From the NCBI GenBank assembly GCA_013265495.1, contig MU058451.1:2537305-2601304 (forward strand): a DNA stretch of 64,000 bases, read 5' to 3'. The stretch is from Vicugna vicugna. Its lineage: Eukaryota. The position numbers and the translations under genes are program-made. Below, in pieces: positions 11,101-25,475 of this stretch (position 1 is its first letter; each line of letters opens with the position of its first letter). Below the pieces are notes generated by a model. The model ran no database searches, was not told the DNA's origin, and saw only the letters and a program-made list of their open reading frames with translations.

Positions 11101-14100
11101 TTCTCATAGGCTTTATGTTGTCTGAACTGTAATATCTTTCAGAGGGAAATACACTATACAGTGTTGTCTAAGTATTTTTGGTAATGAAACCCCCTTTGTG
11201 TGGACTATCATGTGTGTCCTATGACGCACACCTGGAGATACACAGCCTCGGTTAAGAGTCTGTGTATCCCTCCAGGTTACTATTTAATCTGTTAAAAGCT
11301 TTTCCATCTTGAATGTAATAAAGATTACTTACCATTTTAAGAAATACAATTAAAAACGTTTATCAAGTGCATTTATAAACTTGATAAACTTAAACACTGA
11401 GAGGGGTGAATAGAGGAAAAGGTCTTTAGACTACATTAAAACCAACTGACCTGAAGTTCCACCTACTAGATCTATAAGCTCTCTGGGTAAGAGGACTTAC
11501 TTTCTCCAAGACTCACCAGTAAAAGGAAAGATTCTGTCTGTCTCAACTTTCTCAATCTTATTCAAGTGGCAAATCAAGAGGAAATTATTGTCTTTTTCAT
11601 GAAATACCATAGCAGATTTGTGTATTTACTTAGGGACGATTTTCAAATATATATATGTGCACGTGTGTGTATGCACTTTGGGTGACCTTTGTACTTCAAA
11701 AGCATTTGTAAAATGTTTTAAAGAAATACAGTTTTAAGCTTTTAATATGTATTTATTAAATACTGTATGCTAGTAGTCTTAACAACAGATTCCTAAGTTT
11801 AAGAAAATTATGGACAATATGACGTCTTTTTTCTTTGAGCTCTAAGAAGATTCTCATTATTCAATTCCATCAGCAGATCATTGTTGGTTAAGGGCTATCT
11901 GCGAATGTTTTTTGGAAACCACTGGTGAAGAGACTGTCTTAAGTCCTTTCCAGCAACAAAATGGTTCCTGAGAGTGGTTCTGGGAAATATTTTAAATGCT
12001 TCTGTTTCTTCATTATCTCAGGCCCCCAAGTAGATGCTTTTGAGAAGTTAAAATTACAAAAAAAAAAAAAAAAGATCATATTTTGAGAAGGGGTTTTACA
12101 CCCTTTTTTGGATAAATTAATTTTGGAATGTCTAGAAAAGACAGTCAAATGCAAAACTGTGTTTGCACTGGAATCTTCCAAGAGCTTTAGAAAGTGTTTC
12201 CCTTTGTTACAATGTCCAACCCAGACATCTACTCCAGTGCCTTTGCTGATCAGAATTAACTATCAACTTTGGATGCTTGCCCACTTCAAATACTCCCAAA
12301 AGTAACATGGAGACATTACATCAGCGGTACTGCAGAAAGATTAACGTGCTTTGTTTGGAGATGCAAACAGTAATTACACTTACTGCATACTTCTAGCATT
12401 CTGTCTATTTTACCCAAATCTAAGTGAATCTAGTTGTACATTTGCATATAGTTTAATGACAACAATAATATGTAGTTAACAGATATTCATTGGAATATAA
12501 AAAATTTATTTGGCATTTTCCCAGCTAATTGTTTTTACAGCTTGACTTCACTTATGCATTAGCTACATTCATAAAAAAGTTTACATAAAGCAAATATTTT
12601 CATACTAAATCCCATTTTCCCACTCTTGCCCAATATTAAATCTTGAGTTCTATTTCTATAGGAAAACGCTGGCTCTGACACATCATAAAAATTATAATTA
12701 AACATCTAAAGATGTATGCTAAGGAATAGCTACATTTAATCAAGTATTTTATAAAATACATTTTATCTTCTCACCTGCAATAACGATTAATCAGATGGAT
12801 AATCATTTTGTTTCATATTCCCACAATCACTAGACAGACATGTACATTAAAACAACAACAACAACAAATGCAGAGTTTTGGGTGACTTCGTAGAAACCGG
12901 AAGTAGAAATGTAATTTATTAGCTGGGATTGCCACATGTAGATATGTTCTCAGACAGATTCAGGTAATGCAGGTAGTCTCAGATTATTGATAATAACCAT
13001 TAAAATTTCTCCTGGTATTGGTAACACACTTGGCATTTTATTATAATCCATACCAGATGACTTACTGTAATTATACAGATCACTGGAGCCAATACCGTCG
13101 TCCGACTCAAAGATTACTTCTCAAAGAAATGGAAAAAAAGACTTGCTCAACCCCCTGGATCCTTTTGCAGTATAAAAAGTGCAAAAAGCACCTTTTGCTA
13201 AAACAGAAGAGTACCTGGGACTTTTAGAAAACTCTCCTACTTTTAACCACCCGTACTCTGAGGTAATGCTAAGCAATTTGATTTTCAGTCATTTTAAATT
13301 AAGTTTTTAATTTCTCCACACAAATCCTCCAGGGAACACTATGTGGAAAGCGGTTGCCTACACTCTCCTTTCCCTGTCTTGCTGCAGATAATCTAGGTAT
13401 GCTTTTTGTCAATAAGTAGTATGAACTGTGTCTTATTCCAGGAAGTGCACAAAGCTGGGAATCATCAAATGCTCCTCATCTCTGCCGTGCACCCGGAGAC
13501 AAAAGCATGGCATAGCAACAAAAAGACACTACTGGTAAAGACAGGACATTGATACTCAGTCTGACTATTGCCCACAGGGATGGGTTGAGTAATACTTAGA
13601 ACTTTAAAAGGCTAACAGTTCTGACCTCTGATTATGGTGGTTTATTCCTATTCATAATATGGATAAAAGACTGCATTTCAGTCACACTGCAAATTCTTTT
13701 CTGTGGGCAAAGTAGCTTTTGAGGTTATTCCTGAATATAAGTCTGCCATGACACCCTAATATTCCAAAAGAAGAGATGTTTACATGAGTTAATATAGTGT
13801 AGTAGGAAAAACACGAGCTTTGAAGACACACAGTCTTGGGCTGGAGGACCAGCTCGTCCTTTACTGTTAACCCTGGGCGAGTTTCACTCTGGGCCAGCAC
13901 TCAGTAGGAAATCATAGTTGTTTGCCCTCCTTCCTTCTTGGCAACTAACCCATCATCCTTCTTAAATATTCCACAGATGCTTCAGCACCTCTCGTGCTTT
14001 TTTATTATTCCTCATAAATAACCCAGGGGGCATGCCACCAGCTCCACATCCCTACCTCTGCTGGGGGAGGCCCAGGAAAGGGCTGCAGTGGTGCTGGCAG

Positions 14101-15879
14101 ATCTCTAGCTTTTGACTTCCTGTGCTCGGGGTGGCGGCCCATCAGGGCTTGTACACCAGGGAGAACAGAGCAACACTGCCCTCCGGTTCATCCGTCGCTG
14201 GAGGATACCCATGTACTTCAAAATATCAGGCAGTGTTCAGAGGGCACACTGACAAGTCCGGACATTGTGAAAACCAGTAAAAAAAACAACTAAATAAATC
14301 TTCAGATGAATCTAATGTAAAATAATAAACAATACTACTTTTCCTACAACTTTTAAAATTCTTTGTATTATGTCTTAAAGGACATTTATTTACATGTTTG
14401 AGCTTACGTTCTATCCATATGGACTCTGCTGTGACCTGCCAGTCAGCCGCACTGTAGGAGCCTAGTAACTTATTTATCTTCAAAGAAGTGCATCTTGACC
14501 AAAGGCTGTGAGAATGTCAACAAATAATAAGGAAATTAAGAAAGCCAGCGGGTCAAGGTTCTGATAACTGAAGCCAAGAAAAGGCCTGGGAAATTAATGA
14601 ATAATAAACTCCCAGGAAACCTGAACTGAGAAAAGCAGTAAGCCATGAGGAAAGTAACACCTGAGATGATTAAATATACAGCCCAAACATTACTGCCTAA
14701 GACTCTACCCCTGACCCAGGGGTGACAGAGAAGGTGCTCATTTTCATCTCAATGAGAGGGACAAGGGATGAGGGAGAGAGAGAGAGAAAGCAAGCAAGCA
14801 ATGAGGGTGGGAAATACCTGATGGTATTAGTTATGATGTTAAGATTATTTTATTATATTCCATTAAAAATATAGGTCACTGAAACTCAACATAAAGAACT
14901 TATTGGATTTAGGAAAGATCAGAACAAAAGATAGTTTTATTTTTGTTTTAAAATGAGATAAGTAGACAACTAAAAAGTTCAATATAGTAAAAAATGTCTT
15001 GCTGCCTTTACTGATTTGGAAAAAAACCTTCCATATGTTCTTACAAAGATAGGATGTCAAGCAAAATCAGTGGGTCATTCAAACTCAATGTGTATAAGGT
15101 TCCAGAAGTATTTGAGGAAACAACGTGGAGAATTGTGCAAATCTGAGACCCACATGGGAGTAAAGTAAGATTGCATTTTCTTGAGCAAATTTTATTTATT
15201 TTTGTTATTCTATTTATTTTTGTTATTCTCCTAAAAAATTAACTCAAGGGAACAAAAGAAGGCCTTGCAAATAAGACTGTACAATCTTATCTGCAGAGGA
15301 TGACACTTCTTGAGAGACAGGGAGAGAAATATGCAACATGATCCGAGACTGTAAGACTGAGAACTCCAAAGCCAGACAGTCATCAAGACTGATGGGAACA
15401 CGACCACTGCGACCTCCCAGGAAGCGAAATCACCCCAGACACACATAAGAAGTCCTGGCCAGGAACTGAACACTTCAGAGCTGGTGAATTTATGGTGAAG
15501 TCAACTAGATGAAGAGCTAATCTTATAATCTTAGCTGTCATTTGAGTCTGGTTTTATCAAAATGGAATTCTAATAACATCAAAAACAAGTCTATTTTTTT
15601 AATTCTCAAATTTAAGAAGACCAGGACTCCCTGGAGAATGCCTGAGAACCCTGTTATTAGACCATAAAATTTCTTCAATAAAGGAAAAGTTTAGAGTGGA
15701 TGATTCACATGCTATTCCAGAGGTGATATCCTAGGAAGGCTGTTTAAAGGGACTGATTTCTGATCAGACACGGGGAAAGGGGGAGTCTTACTGTAGCCCT
15801 AGTGTCTCATATCTGACATAACATCCCCATCTAGCACTTAGAAAGAATCCAACAAATATGTGTTAACTGAGGGAGTGAC

Positions 15880-16050
15880 CACAGCTAATATTTACTAAGC
15901 AGCTTACCCTATGCCAAGGCTGTACATACGTAACTCATCTAATCCTCACAATGAGGTTTCCGTTTTACAGCTGAGGAAACTGCAGACCAGAGAAGTTGAG
16001 TACCTTGGCCTAGGTGGAGCCAGGTTTCAAAGGAAGGCAGCCTGGCCACA
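15880..16050. mobile_element. MIR SINE
   Basis: agctaatatttactaagc...ttttacagctgaggaaactg. Confidence 0.75.
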
Positions 16051-16599
16051 GGCCCCCTTAACCGCTCCAGCACACCCTACAGTCCTCGCCACGTGAGCGT
16101 GAATGATTGGGAGGGAGCAAATTGGACAAGCAAGGGCCAGGCTCTAAGCTCTATGGGAATAAAGCAAATCCAGCCCTGCAGCAAGGTGAGTTCAAAGTAA
16201 AAGGATGCATGTGGGGTCCGGATGGGGAAGGTGCTAGAAGTGGACACACTCAGTTGTGACGGTGAACTCCAACTACTTCCTAACATCTGATGTGACCAAC
16301 GACCTTGAGGCCGCTGCATGAGACTTTGATGAGGACAGGCTAGATCTGTACTTTTCATCCTGGTCTATACATGGAAGTCACCTGACACACAAATCAGTAA
16401 GAAAAAGAGTATTAAATCAACAGAAAAACAAGCAAAGGTTATAAACTCACTGTTTATGGAAAAGGAAATATAAATGACTTTTACACATGAGAAGATGCTC
16501 AACTTCATTTATAAGGAAATGCAAATAAAAATGCCAAAGAGATATCATTTTTCACCTAATTGGTGAAATTGGAAAAAAAATCCCAAAAGATTCAGGAAC

Positions 16600-17175
16600 C
16601 TCCTCTCTCATCTGGATTACTGTAACAACCTCCTAATTGTTCTCTTAGTCATCAAAGAGATCCTTTCTAAGTCAGATCATGTCACTACTTTGCTCAAAAC
16701 ACTGCAGTGGTTCCATGTCTCCTTCAGAGCAAAAGCCAGTGTCCTCATGGTGCCAGGCAAGCCCTTACATGTATCTGGCCCCAAGTCATGTCACTCACAC
16801 CACTCACCACTTCACTCCCTCCACTCCAGCCACACTGGCCTCCTTCCTGTTCCTCAGACTCACCAGACACATCTTAACCTTCACGCCTTCGTAGCGTCTG
16901 TTCTTTTGCTTCTCCCTAGACATCCTCAAAGCTCACTCTCCTCCTGAAAGTCTTTGTTCAGATCTCACCTTCTCAATCAGACCCCTCTACTTAAAACTGT
17001 AATCTTCATCTCTCTACTCTACTCTACTTTTCCCCATGGCCATTGCACTTTTCACTTTCTAATCTACTGTAGAATGTACTTATCATATTTAATTTTTATT
17101 GTCTGTCTCCTCTGACTAGAATGTAAGTTTCATCAGGGCAGGAATGTCTATTTTATTGATTGATGTATCCAAAGA
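16600..17175 (+). mobile_element. LINE-2 3' fragment lying between L1ME-like 3'-end pieces (about 16390-16590 and 17190-17350)
   Basis: ctctcatctggattactgtaacaacctcct...ctagaatgtaagtttcatcagggcagg. Confidence 0.75.
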
Positions 17176-17354
17176 ACATATAAAAATGTCATACACATGG
17201 CTAAAATGTATGTACAAAGATCTATACTACAACACAGTTGCAGCAAAGCATTCAAAACAATTGAACATCTATGAATACAGGATTGGTTAAATAAATGATA
17301 AAACAATCACACGGTGGAATGCTAAACTGTTCTCAGAATAAATGAAACAGCAGT

Positions 17355-19195
17355 CCTGTTTCCAGTATGGCTAAGTAAGCTCTGATTGGACCAGTTCTCC
17401 TGTAGGAAACTATAAGCCAAACAAAATATAAAGAACAATCATGTGAAGGCACTGAAGAGTCAAAACAGGCAATACTGGAGGGGAGTTAACATCTGGAAAA
17501 AAGGAACAGCACAGGATGAGCTTCTCTCTCTCTCTTGTATTTTTTTAAACAGCTTAAACCTGAGGGCAGGTCTCAGTCTGTTCCATGGGACGGCAGCTAA
17601 AATGCCAACAGAAAACACACAGTCTTACTGGCTTTAAGACCCAGAGATAAGGATTCAGAGCAACCACAGTCACTGAAAATGACTATCTTCCCCAACTAGA
17701 AAATAAGGGGGAAATCCTGGAAATAACAGATCTAGATAAAGGAAACCCCAATTCTGCATATAAAACTCTGCCCAAATCTCCACTGACTCCTGAACCACAC
17801 CAGCATGGGACAGACTCAAAGCAGCAGAGCCAAGAGACCGACGCTTGAGCTGCTACCCAATGTAGAAAAATAGTGTTGTCGTTAGGCTTCACCCAAATCA
17901 ACCACCTGCTTTAAAATATTACTACACTTCAGAGGGACACAACACAATCTAGTATGCACAACACATAATTCAAAATGTCCAGAATGTAATTCAAAATTTC
18001 TCAACATATGAAGAAGCAGGAAGAAAATATCTATTCTCATAATAAAAGACAATCAATAGAAAACAATCCTGAAATGACCCTACTAGAATTAACAAAGTTA
18101 TATACCATGCTCAAAGACATAAAAGAAAATATGCTTTTAATAAATAAATGCGTGGGAAATCTCAGCAGAGACTTGTAAAAACTACAAAGGGAAATTCTAG
18201 AACAAAAAATACAATATTCAAATTCCAAATTAACTAGATAAGCATAATAACAGAAAAGAGATGACAGAGGAGTCAAGATCAATCAATAGAAGTTATACAA
18301 TCTAAAGAACAGAGAGGAAAAAAAATTGAGAAAAACAAGTAAACAGAGCCTTAGGAATCTGTGAGACAACATTAAAAGTCTACCAAAAGGAGTGCGAAAA
18401 AAAAAGGCAGAAAAATATTAAAAGACATAAAACCCAAAAACATCTCTAGGTGAAAGACATATTCACATAGCCAAAAAGTTCAGTGAACTAGACTAATATA
18501 AAGAAAACCACACAAGAAACATATATTTGAATTGCTAAAAACTAAAACAACATATTACATACAGAGAACATCGTTCAAATGATGGTTGACTTCCTTTTTT
18601 GTCAGTTAAGGCAAATAAATTTATTCATTTATTTACCTGCTTGTTTGTTTTTAAATGGTTGACTTCTCATGACAAAAAAACTGAGGCCAGAAGACAGTGG
18701 AACAACATCTTTAAAGTGCTGAAAATAAAAAAGTTGTCAACTCAAAATTCTATATTCATTGAAAATATCCCTCAAAAATGGAGGGAAAATAAAGACATTT
18801 TCAGTTAATGAAAATTAAGAGAATTCATTGCCAGAAGATCTGTCATACTATGAGAAATACTGAAGAAAACTCAAGGAAGAAGTGAACTGAAGCCAGATGG
18901 AAATTTGGATCATTAGAAAGGAATGGATAGAATGAGAATGGTAAATCTGTGAGTAAATATGAAAGACTATTTTTTTCCTTTTCATTTCCCAAGGATATGT
19001 AGACTATTTAAAGTCAAAATTGTAACACTGTGGGGTTTACAAAGTATGCAGATGTAATACAAATGACAACTACAGTATAACAAATGTGCTGAGGGGTTAA
19101 ACAGACCTATATGGTTATAGGTTTCTAAAATCTTCATACTAAAGATAGAAAAAATGATGCAACTTCTTATATAGTAATATGAAATGATCTTGTGT
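17355..19195 (+). mobile_element. Ancient L1 5' end (5'UTR plus ORF1 remnant)
   Basis: ORF 18599-18808 contains the L1 ORF1p-like string TEARRQWNNIFKVLK. 5' start tttccagtatggctaagtaagctc. Confidence 0.8.
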
Positions 19196-21260
19196 ATCTC
19201 AAATTTTAAAAGGATCCAGAATACTGTTACAGAATGATGCTTTCTTAAAGTAAATACGTACAGCCAGAGGATATCCACAGAACAGGCAATAGCAGATTGG
19301 GTACTGGAATGCAAAGATGGCACAATGTTCACACTAATATTCAAATTATGCTAACTCTGCATTATATAAAAGTAATACAAAAAAAATTTAAATAAAATAC
19401 AATAAAAAAGTAAACACTGAGAAGTTACACTAAGAAAACATTTAAACGTTCCTTGATTCATCATCTCCCAAACTTATATGACTAAAGGAAACTCATTCCC
19501 TCTCCCTTTTTCAAGTAACAGTTATTCTATCTCAAAAGAGACTAGTATTGCAGGCACTGGTTTTCTTTTTAAATTATTCTTTGATTAACTGAGCCAACTA
19601 AATACAGAAAGAATACACTCAGGACATTTCAAATACTATTTTTAAAAAAAGACTTAGTCCATCAGAGTACCTCTAAGTATAACTGCAATTTCACTAGCAG
19701 TTTAACAAAGTTGCATCCACTAAAATTTCAAACTTAGTATCTTCAAAGATATGCTTAAAAGTAGTTACTATCCCATGGCTCATTTATTTTAGAAAGTCTT
19801 TCTTGGGTATCTGACATTCCTGTTCAAACTGAATGACAGTAACTATTTCTGAAAACACTAAACTATTTTGTTGAACATACAAGTGGTTTCCATTAAAAAT
19901 GCCACAATATATTTTTTTATTTTCTAAAGACTGATATGAATTATAACTATTATTTTGCTGTACAAATGAAAAACTTAAAGTTTAATATTATTTGAATGTA
20001 TCCATCTTGGTGTTACAGTTTAATATAATCTTTCCAAGTGATGATACATTAATTTTACTAGTTCCTTTGGGTTTTGGATTCCTTTGGGTTTTAAATTCAC
20101 TTGTCAACCTTCTTTAATTGTGTATTCTACCCAATTTATCTTTGTACCTACACCAACAAAAAAATCAGACTACAATTTGTGAATACTCAGAAATTCTTTA
20201 ATCATGGAGATGGTATATAATGTTTCTATGCTACCTGAAGTGGGAACATGATCCTAGTTCCATCTGTGCTAACAAGAAGAATTTAGTATGAAAAGATCTG
20301 GGGTAAAAATGAGATGCTAAAATGAAAGACATAAACGCCTACTACATGCAGCTGGTTTTCTTCTTCATAAATGAAAGGTTAATAGTGAGGTGTTAATGAC
20401 CATACTTGGTACCTATTCTCTACAACCTTCTCACATGACTCAGAATGAAAATTTAAGTTTCTGTACTACAACTCAAACTAAAAATTGTTTTGAAAAGAAC
20501 ATGTTTAAGCACCTCAGAAGTATCTACATATTTCAAGCTGTTTCTTAAAAACTTCATGGTTTTACTTTTCCCAAAACATAAAATTTACAAAGTGAAAAAA
20601 ATTCACCTGTATGTAAAAGTGTTCATGTATTTGGAAACAAAAATGAAAGCAACCCTCTTAAGAGCCAAGAAGAGAGTTATCAAACATAATACGTAATAGA
20701 AACTTAAATTACATAGAAATTAAACTGGTAGCAACATTCAAACCAAAGAGATGAAGTATTCTAAGAATATTTACTCCAGTTGCATTCAGAAGGAAAAGTC
20801 AATTATTGATTCATTAGGCCAGCTAAATCTGATAAGAATACTATTTTGCTGCTCTTAAGATCATTTGAAATAATTATTTTTAAAAAAAGACTTAGTCTAT
20901 CAATGTTAACTTCAAATGTAACAGCATTTTTCCCATAAACCATATAAATAAATATAAAATTACTCCAAATTTGTTTATCCCACAAAGAAATACTTTCCAA
21001 ATCCAAGTTCTTCCTACGACAATATATGACACTATATACTGTTTACTGATCAATAGGAAAAAGAAGATTAATTGAAATTAAAATAAAACATATACCTTCT
21101 ACCAAAAAGAGGGGAAGAATAGAACCAGCAGGGTCAAATAAATGGAAATTATTTAGAAGACATTTATTTAAAGAATTGGTCATACATAAAATACAGTTCC
21201 CTATATTTCATATAGAGTTATAAAATAACCCCACAAACTCTATTACTCATTAATCTACAT

Positions 21261-21592
21261 CAGGGATCAGCAAACTTTTCCTGAAAAGAGCCAGACAGTA
21301 AATATTTCAGGTTTTGCAGGCCATACAGTTTGCGTCCACCTACTGAACACTGCTGCCGGAGTATGAAAGCTGCCACAGACAACATATTAATGAATGAGCA
21401 CGGCTATGCACCAATAAAACTTTATATACAGCCACTGGACTCTAAATTTCATATAATTTTCACACATGACAAAATATTATTCTTCTGTTGACTTTTTTCA
21501 ATAATTTTTTCAAGTTCAACCTTAGATTTTGGACCATAATAAACAGACAGCAGGCTGGATTTGGCTTGTGGGCTATAGTTTGCCAACCCCTG
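21261..21592 (+). mobile_element. MER58B-like hAT-Charlie element, full length
   Basis: TIRs cagggatcagcaaact / agtttgccaacccctg. 8-bp TSD-like atctacat / atctagaa. Confidence 0.85.
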
Positions 21593-22096
21593 ATCTAGAA
21601 ATATATAAAAAGTAGGTAGTAGTAATATTTTCCAAACATTCTTTCTAATAATAGAATGTGAATACTGTTGTATTTTTACTATACTATTATTTTTTCAATA
21701 TATGAAGTTCTAAAACAGCATTATCTGCCAATATAACAACTCAACAAAAACTAAGAAAGCTAAAATGAGGAATTCTTAATATTTCAAAGCCACAAAAACG
21801 TAATAAAAAGACACAAAAGTATTGTTTCATTACACACTCCTAGGTCATAAATTTTACATGAAATTAAACTCATTCTATATAATTTTTGTCCATTGAACTG
21901 TAATGGAGTTATTATTTTATGCCAAATCTAGAATTTCATTCACCTCCCATATAATATAGTATTAAAAGGTGACCACAAGAATTCTGGCACTTTCATAGTT
22001 AATACTGTTCTATATGGTAATACTGAAATGTCTTGGAAAAAAATCACTTGGAGCTTACCTTTTAACTAGTTAAGATCTTGAGCAAATCATGTAAGC

Positions 22097-22295
22097 CAGC
22101 ATTTCCTAAAGTCTGCTCTGTATCCACAGATGATTCATGAACATAACAGGATCCATGGCCAAATGAGTTTGGGAAATGCTATACTTAGACACATTTCTAG
22201 AAGATTTATAATGTACACAAGCATAATCATAAATTCTGAGAAGTCCTGCAGTAAAGACATCCTTTGGTTTAATCTAGCACTCTTCATATTTACTC
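22097..22295. mobile_element. MER103-like DNA transposon remnant
   Basis: cagcatttcctaaag...tttgggaaatgct...tctgagaagtcctgcagtaaag. Confidence 0.6.
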
Positions 22296-22319
22296 AGAGA
22301 TAGACAAACTTAACAATAC

Positions 22320-25300
22320 TTTTAACCAACATGATCTAATCAATACTTATAGACCACTCCACCAATAACAGCAAAATATACATTCCTCTCAAATGCCTAT
22401 GGAATATATACCAAGACAGACAATGTCCTGGGCCATAAAACAAATCCCACCAAATTTAAAAGACGTGAAATCATACAGAGTGTACTGTCTGACTACAATG
22501 GAATCAGACTAAACATGAGTAACAGAAAGATAACAGAAAAAATCTCCAAACACTGGAAACTACACAACACACTTCTAAAATAATCCTTGGGCAAAAGAAG
22601 TATCAAGGTAAATGAAAGTATACATACTGAATTGAATGTAAATGAAATACAACGTATTAAAATTCGTAAGCTGAAGCTAAGAAATTGCTAAGAGAAACTT
22701 ACAGCATTAAATGTGTACATCAGAAAACAGGAAAATTCTTTAATCAATAACCCAGGTTTTCGTCTAAACGACAAAAAGAAGAACAAAATTAACACAAAGC
22801 AAGCAAAAAGTAAATTTAAGAACAGAAATTAATAAAAACTGAAAGGAACAACAACAAAACTAAAAAGAAAAGAAATGAAACAAAATCTCGGTTCTCTGAA
22901 AAGACTGACAAAATTGATAAACCTCTGACAAGACTAGCAAAGAAAAAAAATTATCAAGAATGAAACAAGATATCATTACAGACTCTGCAGACATAAAAAG
23001 GATAATAAAGGAATATTAAGAACAACTCTACATGCATGAATCTGATAACTTAGACAACAAGGACCAAATCCTCAAAAAGCACAAATACAATTTACCCAAT
23101 ATAAAAGAGATGACTTAAATAGCCTTCTAAGTATTCAAGAAATTGAATTCCTAATTTTAAAACTCCTGAAAAACATACCTCCAGACCCAGATGGTTTTAC
23201 AGAATTCTATCAAACATTTAAAGAATTAACATTAATTCTGTACCATTCCTTCCTGAAAATAGAAGAGGGAATACTTCCCAATCCTTTTGAATCCAGTCCT
23301 ATCTTGATACCAAAATCAAGGAATATACCAAACAAACAAAAATACTATAAATATCCATCATGACTATAGAAGCAAAAATCCATAACAGAATATTAGCAAT
23401 TAGAATTCACCAACATATATAAATGATTATAGACCACGATACGACCAAGTGGTATTTACTACAGGAATGCAATATTCAAAAGTCAATAAATATAATCCAT
23501 CATATTAACAGGTTACTTTAACTACATGATCAGAGCAACTGATGCAGCAAAGACATTTAACAGAATTCAACCCTCACTCATTCATTGTAAAGATTCTCAA
23601 AAAACTAGTAAGAGAAACATCTTCACTTGATTTTTTTAAATCTAATAAAAAAAAAAAACCTACAGCTAAAAATCATGCTTTATGGTGAAAGACTGAATGT
23701 TTTCTCCCTAAGATCAAGAATGAGTCAAGAAGGTCTGTTCCCACCACCCATTTTCAATATAATTCTAAAATTGTTAGCCAGTGCAATAAGACAAGAAAGG
23801 GAAATAAAATACATATAGGTCATAAAGAAAGAAATAAAACTATTTGAAGATGGCATGACTATCTATGTAGAAAACCCCAAGAATCTATTTTAAAAATCAC
23901 CTAGAATAAGTGAGTTGAGCAAGGTCATAGAATACAACATCAAAATTTTAAAATAAACTGTATTTGTATACACTAACAATGAATATATGGAAACTGAAAA
24001 TAAAAATACATAACTTATTCTAAAATTTAATGGAAAGGTGAAGGAACTAGAATAGCACAAACATTTTAGAAAGAGAATAGTAAAGTGTGAAGAATAATTC
24101 TATATTATTTAACACTTATAATTATATAACTACAGTAACCAAGAATGCGTGTTACTAACAAAGAAAGAGACTCAGAGATCAAGAGAACAGAATTAAGAAT
24201 CCAGAAATAGACCTAGGGCTTAGTGAAGTAGTTTTAGACAAGACATAAAACACATTCACAAAAGAAAATAACTGACAAACTGGACTTCATCAAAGCTTAA
24301 AACTTTTGCTCTGTGAAAGACCCTGTTAATAGGACGAAAAGACAAACTACAAATAAGAAGAAAAAGTTTGCAAACCATCTATCTAACAAAGGACTAATAC
24401 CTAGAATACATGAGAAACTCTCAAAAGTCAACAGTAAAAAAAACAAACACTCCAATAAAAAATGGGCAAAGGACATGAAGAGGCATTTCACCAAGGAGGA
24501 CATATGATGGCAAAAAACACTTAGAAAGAAGTTCAACATCGCTAGCCATCAGAGAAATGTAAATTAAGACCATAATGATACAACACTACTCACACATAAG
24601 AATGACTAAAACTTAAAATATCAGCAACAACTGCTGGTGAGGATGAAGAGAAACTGGATCTCTCGTATGTCCCTGGTTGTAATGCAAAATGGCTCAGCCC
24701 CTTTGGAAAAGAGCTCGGCACATTTCCTAGAAAATTAAACATGCATATACCATATGACTCAGCTATCACACTTCTGGGCATTTATCCAGAGAAGTAAAAT
24801 TTTATATCCACACAAAAACTATGCACAACGTTTATATATAGAGATATATATAAAACTACAATGTTTATTTGTAGTAGCTGAAAACTGGAGGCTACCAAAA
24901 CATCCCTCAATAGGCGAACAGTTACACTCTGTGATACATCCATACCACAGAACACTAATCAGCAACAGAATGGAGTGAACTACTGATGATACCAAAAAAA
25001 AACAAAAAACAAAAAACAAAAAACAAAAAACAAAACACCAAACTCGATGGATCTCAAAGGCATTAGGCTGAGGGAATAAAAGTCAAACCCAAAAAAGTCT
25101 GCATGATCCCATTTATATAACATTTTGAGATGACAAAATTATACAGATAGAAAACAGATTAGTAGTTGCCAAGGGCTAGGGAGGTTGAGAAGCAGGTGTG
25201 AGGGGAGACTACAAAGGGACAGCAGGAAGGAAATCCATGCAGTGATGGGGAGAGCCCTATATCTTGATTGCAACAGTGGTTACACAAATCAGCACATGTG

Positions 25301-25475
25301 ATAAACTGGCATAGACCTACCATGCACACCTTGTACCAATGTCCACATCCTGGGTTAGGATTATACTATAGGTATGAAAGTGTACCCACTGGCGGGAACT
25401 GGGTGCAGAGTACATGGGATCTCTCTGCACTACTTTTATAACTTTCTGTGAATTTAAAATTACTTCAAAAAAGCT
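22320..25475 (+). mobile_element. L1MC-like element (ORF2 EN-RT-C-terminus remnants plus 3'UTR)
   Basis: ORF2-like translations (LYGERLNVFSLRSR; NKKWAKDMKRHFTKEDI). The 3'UTR ends ctttctgtgaatttaaaattacttcaaaa. Confidence 0.9.
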
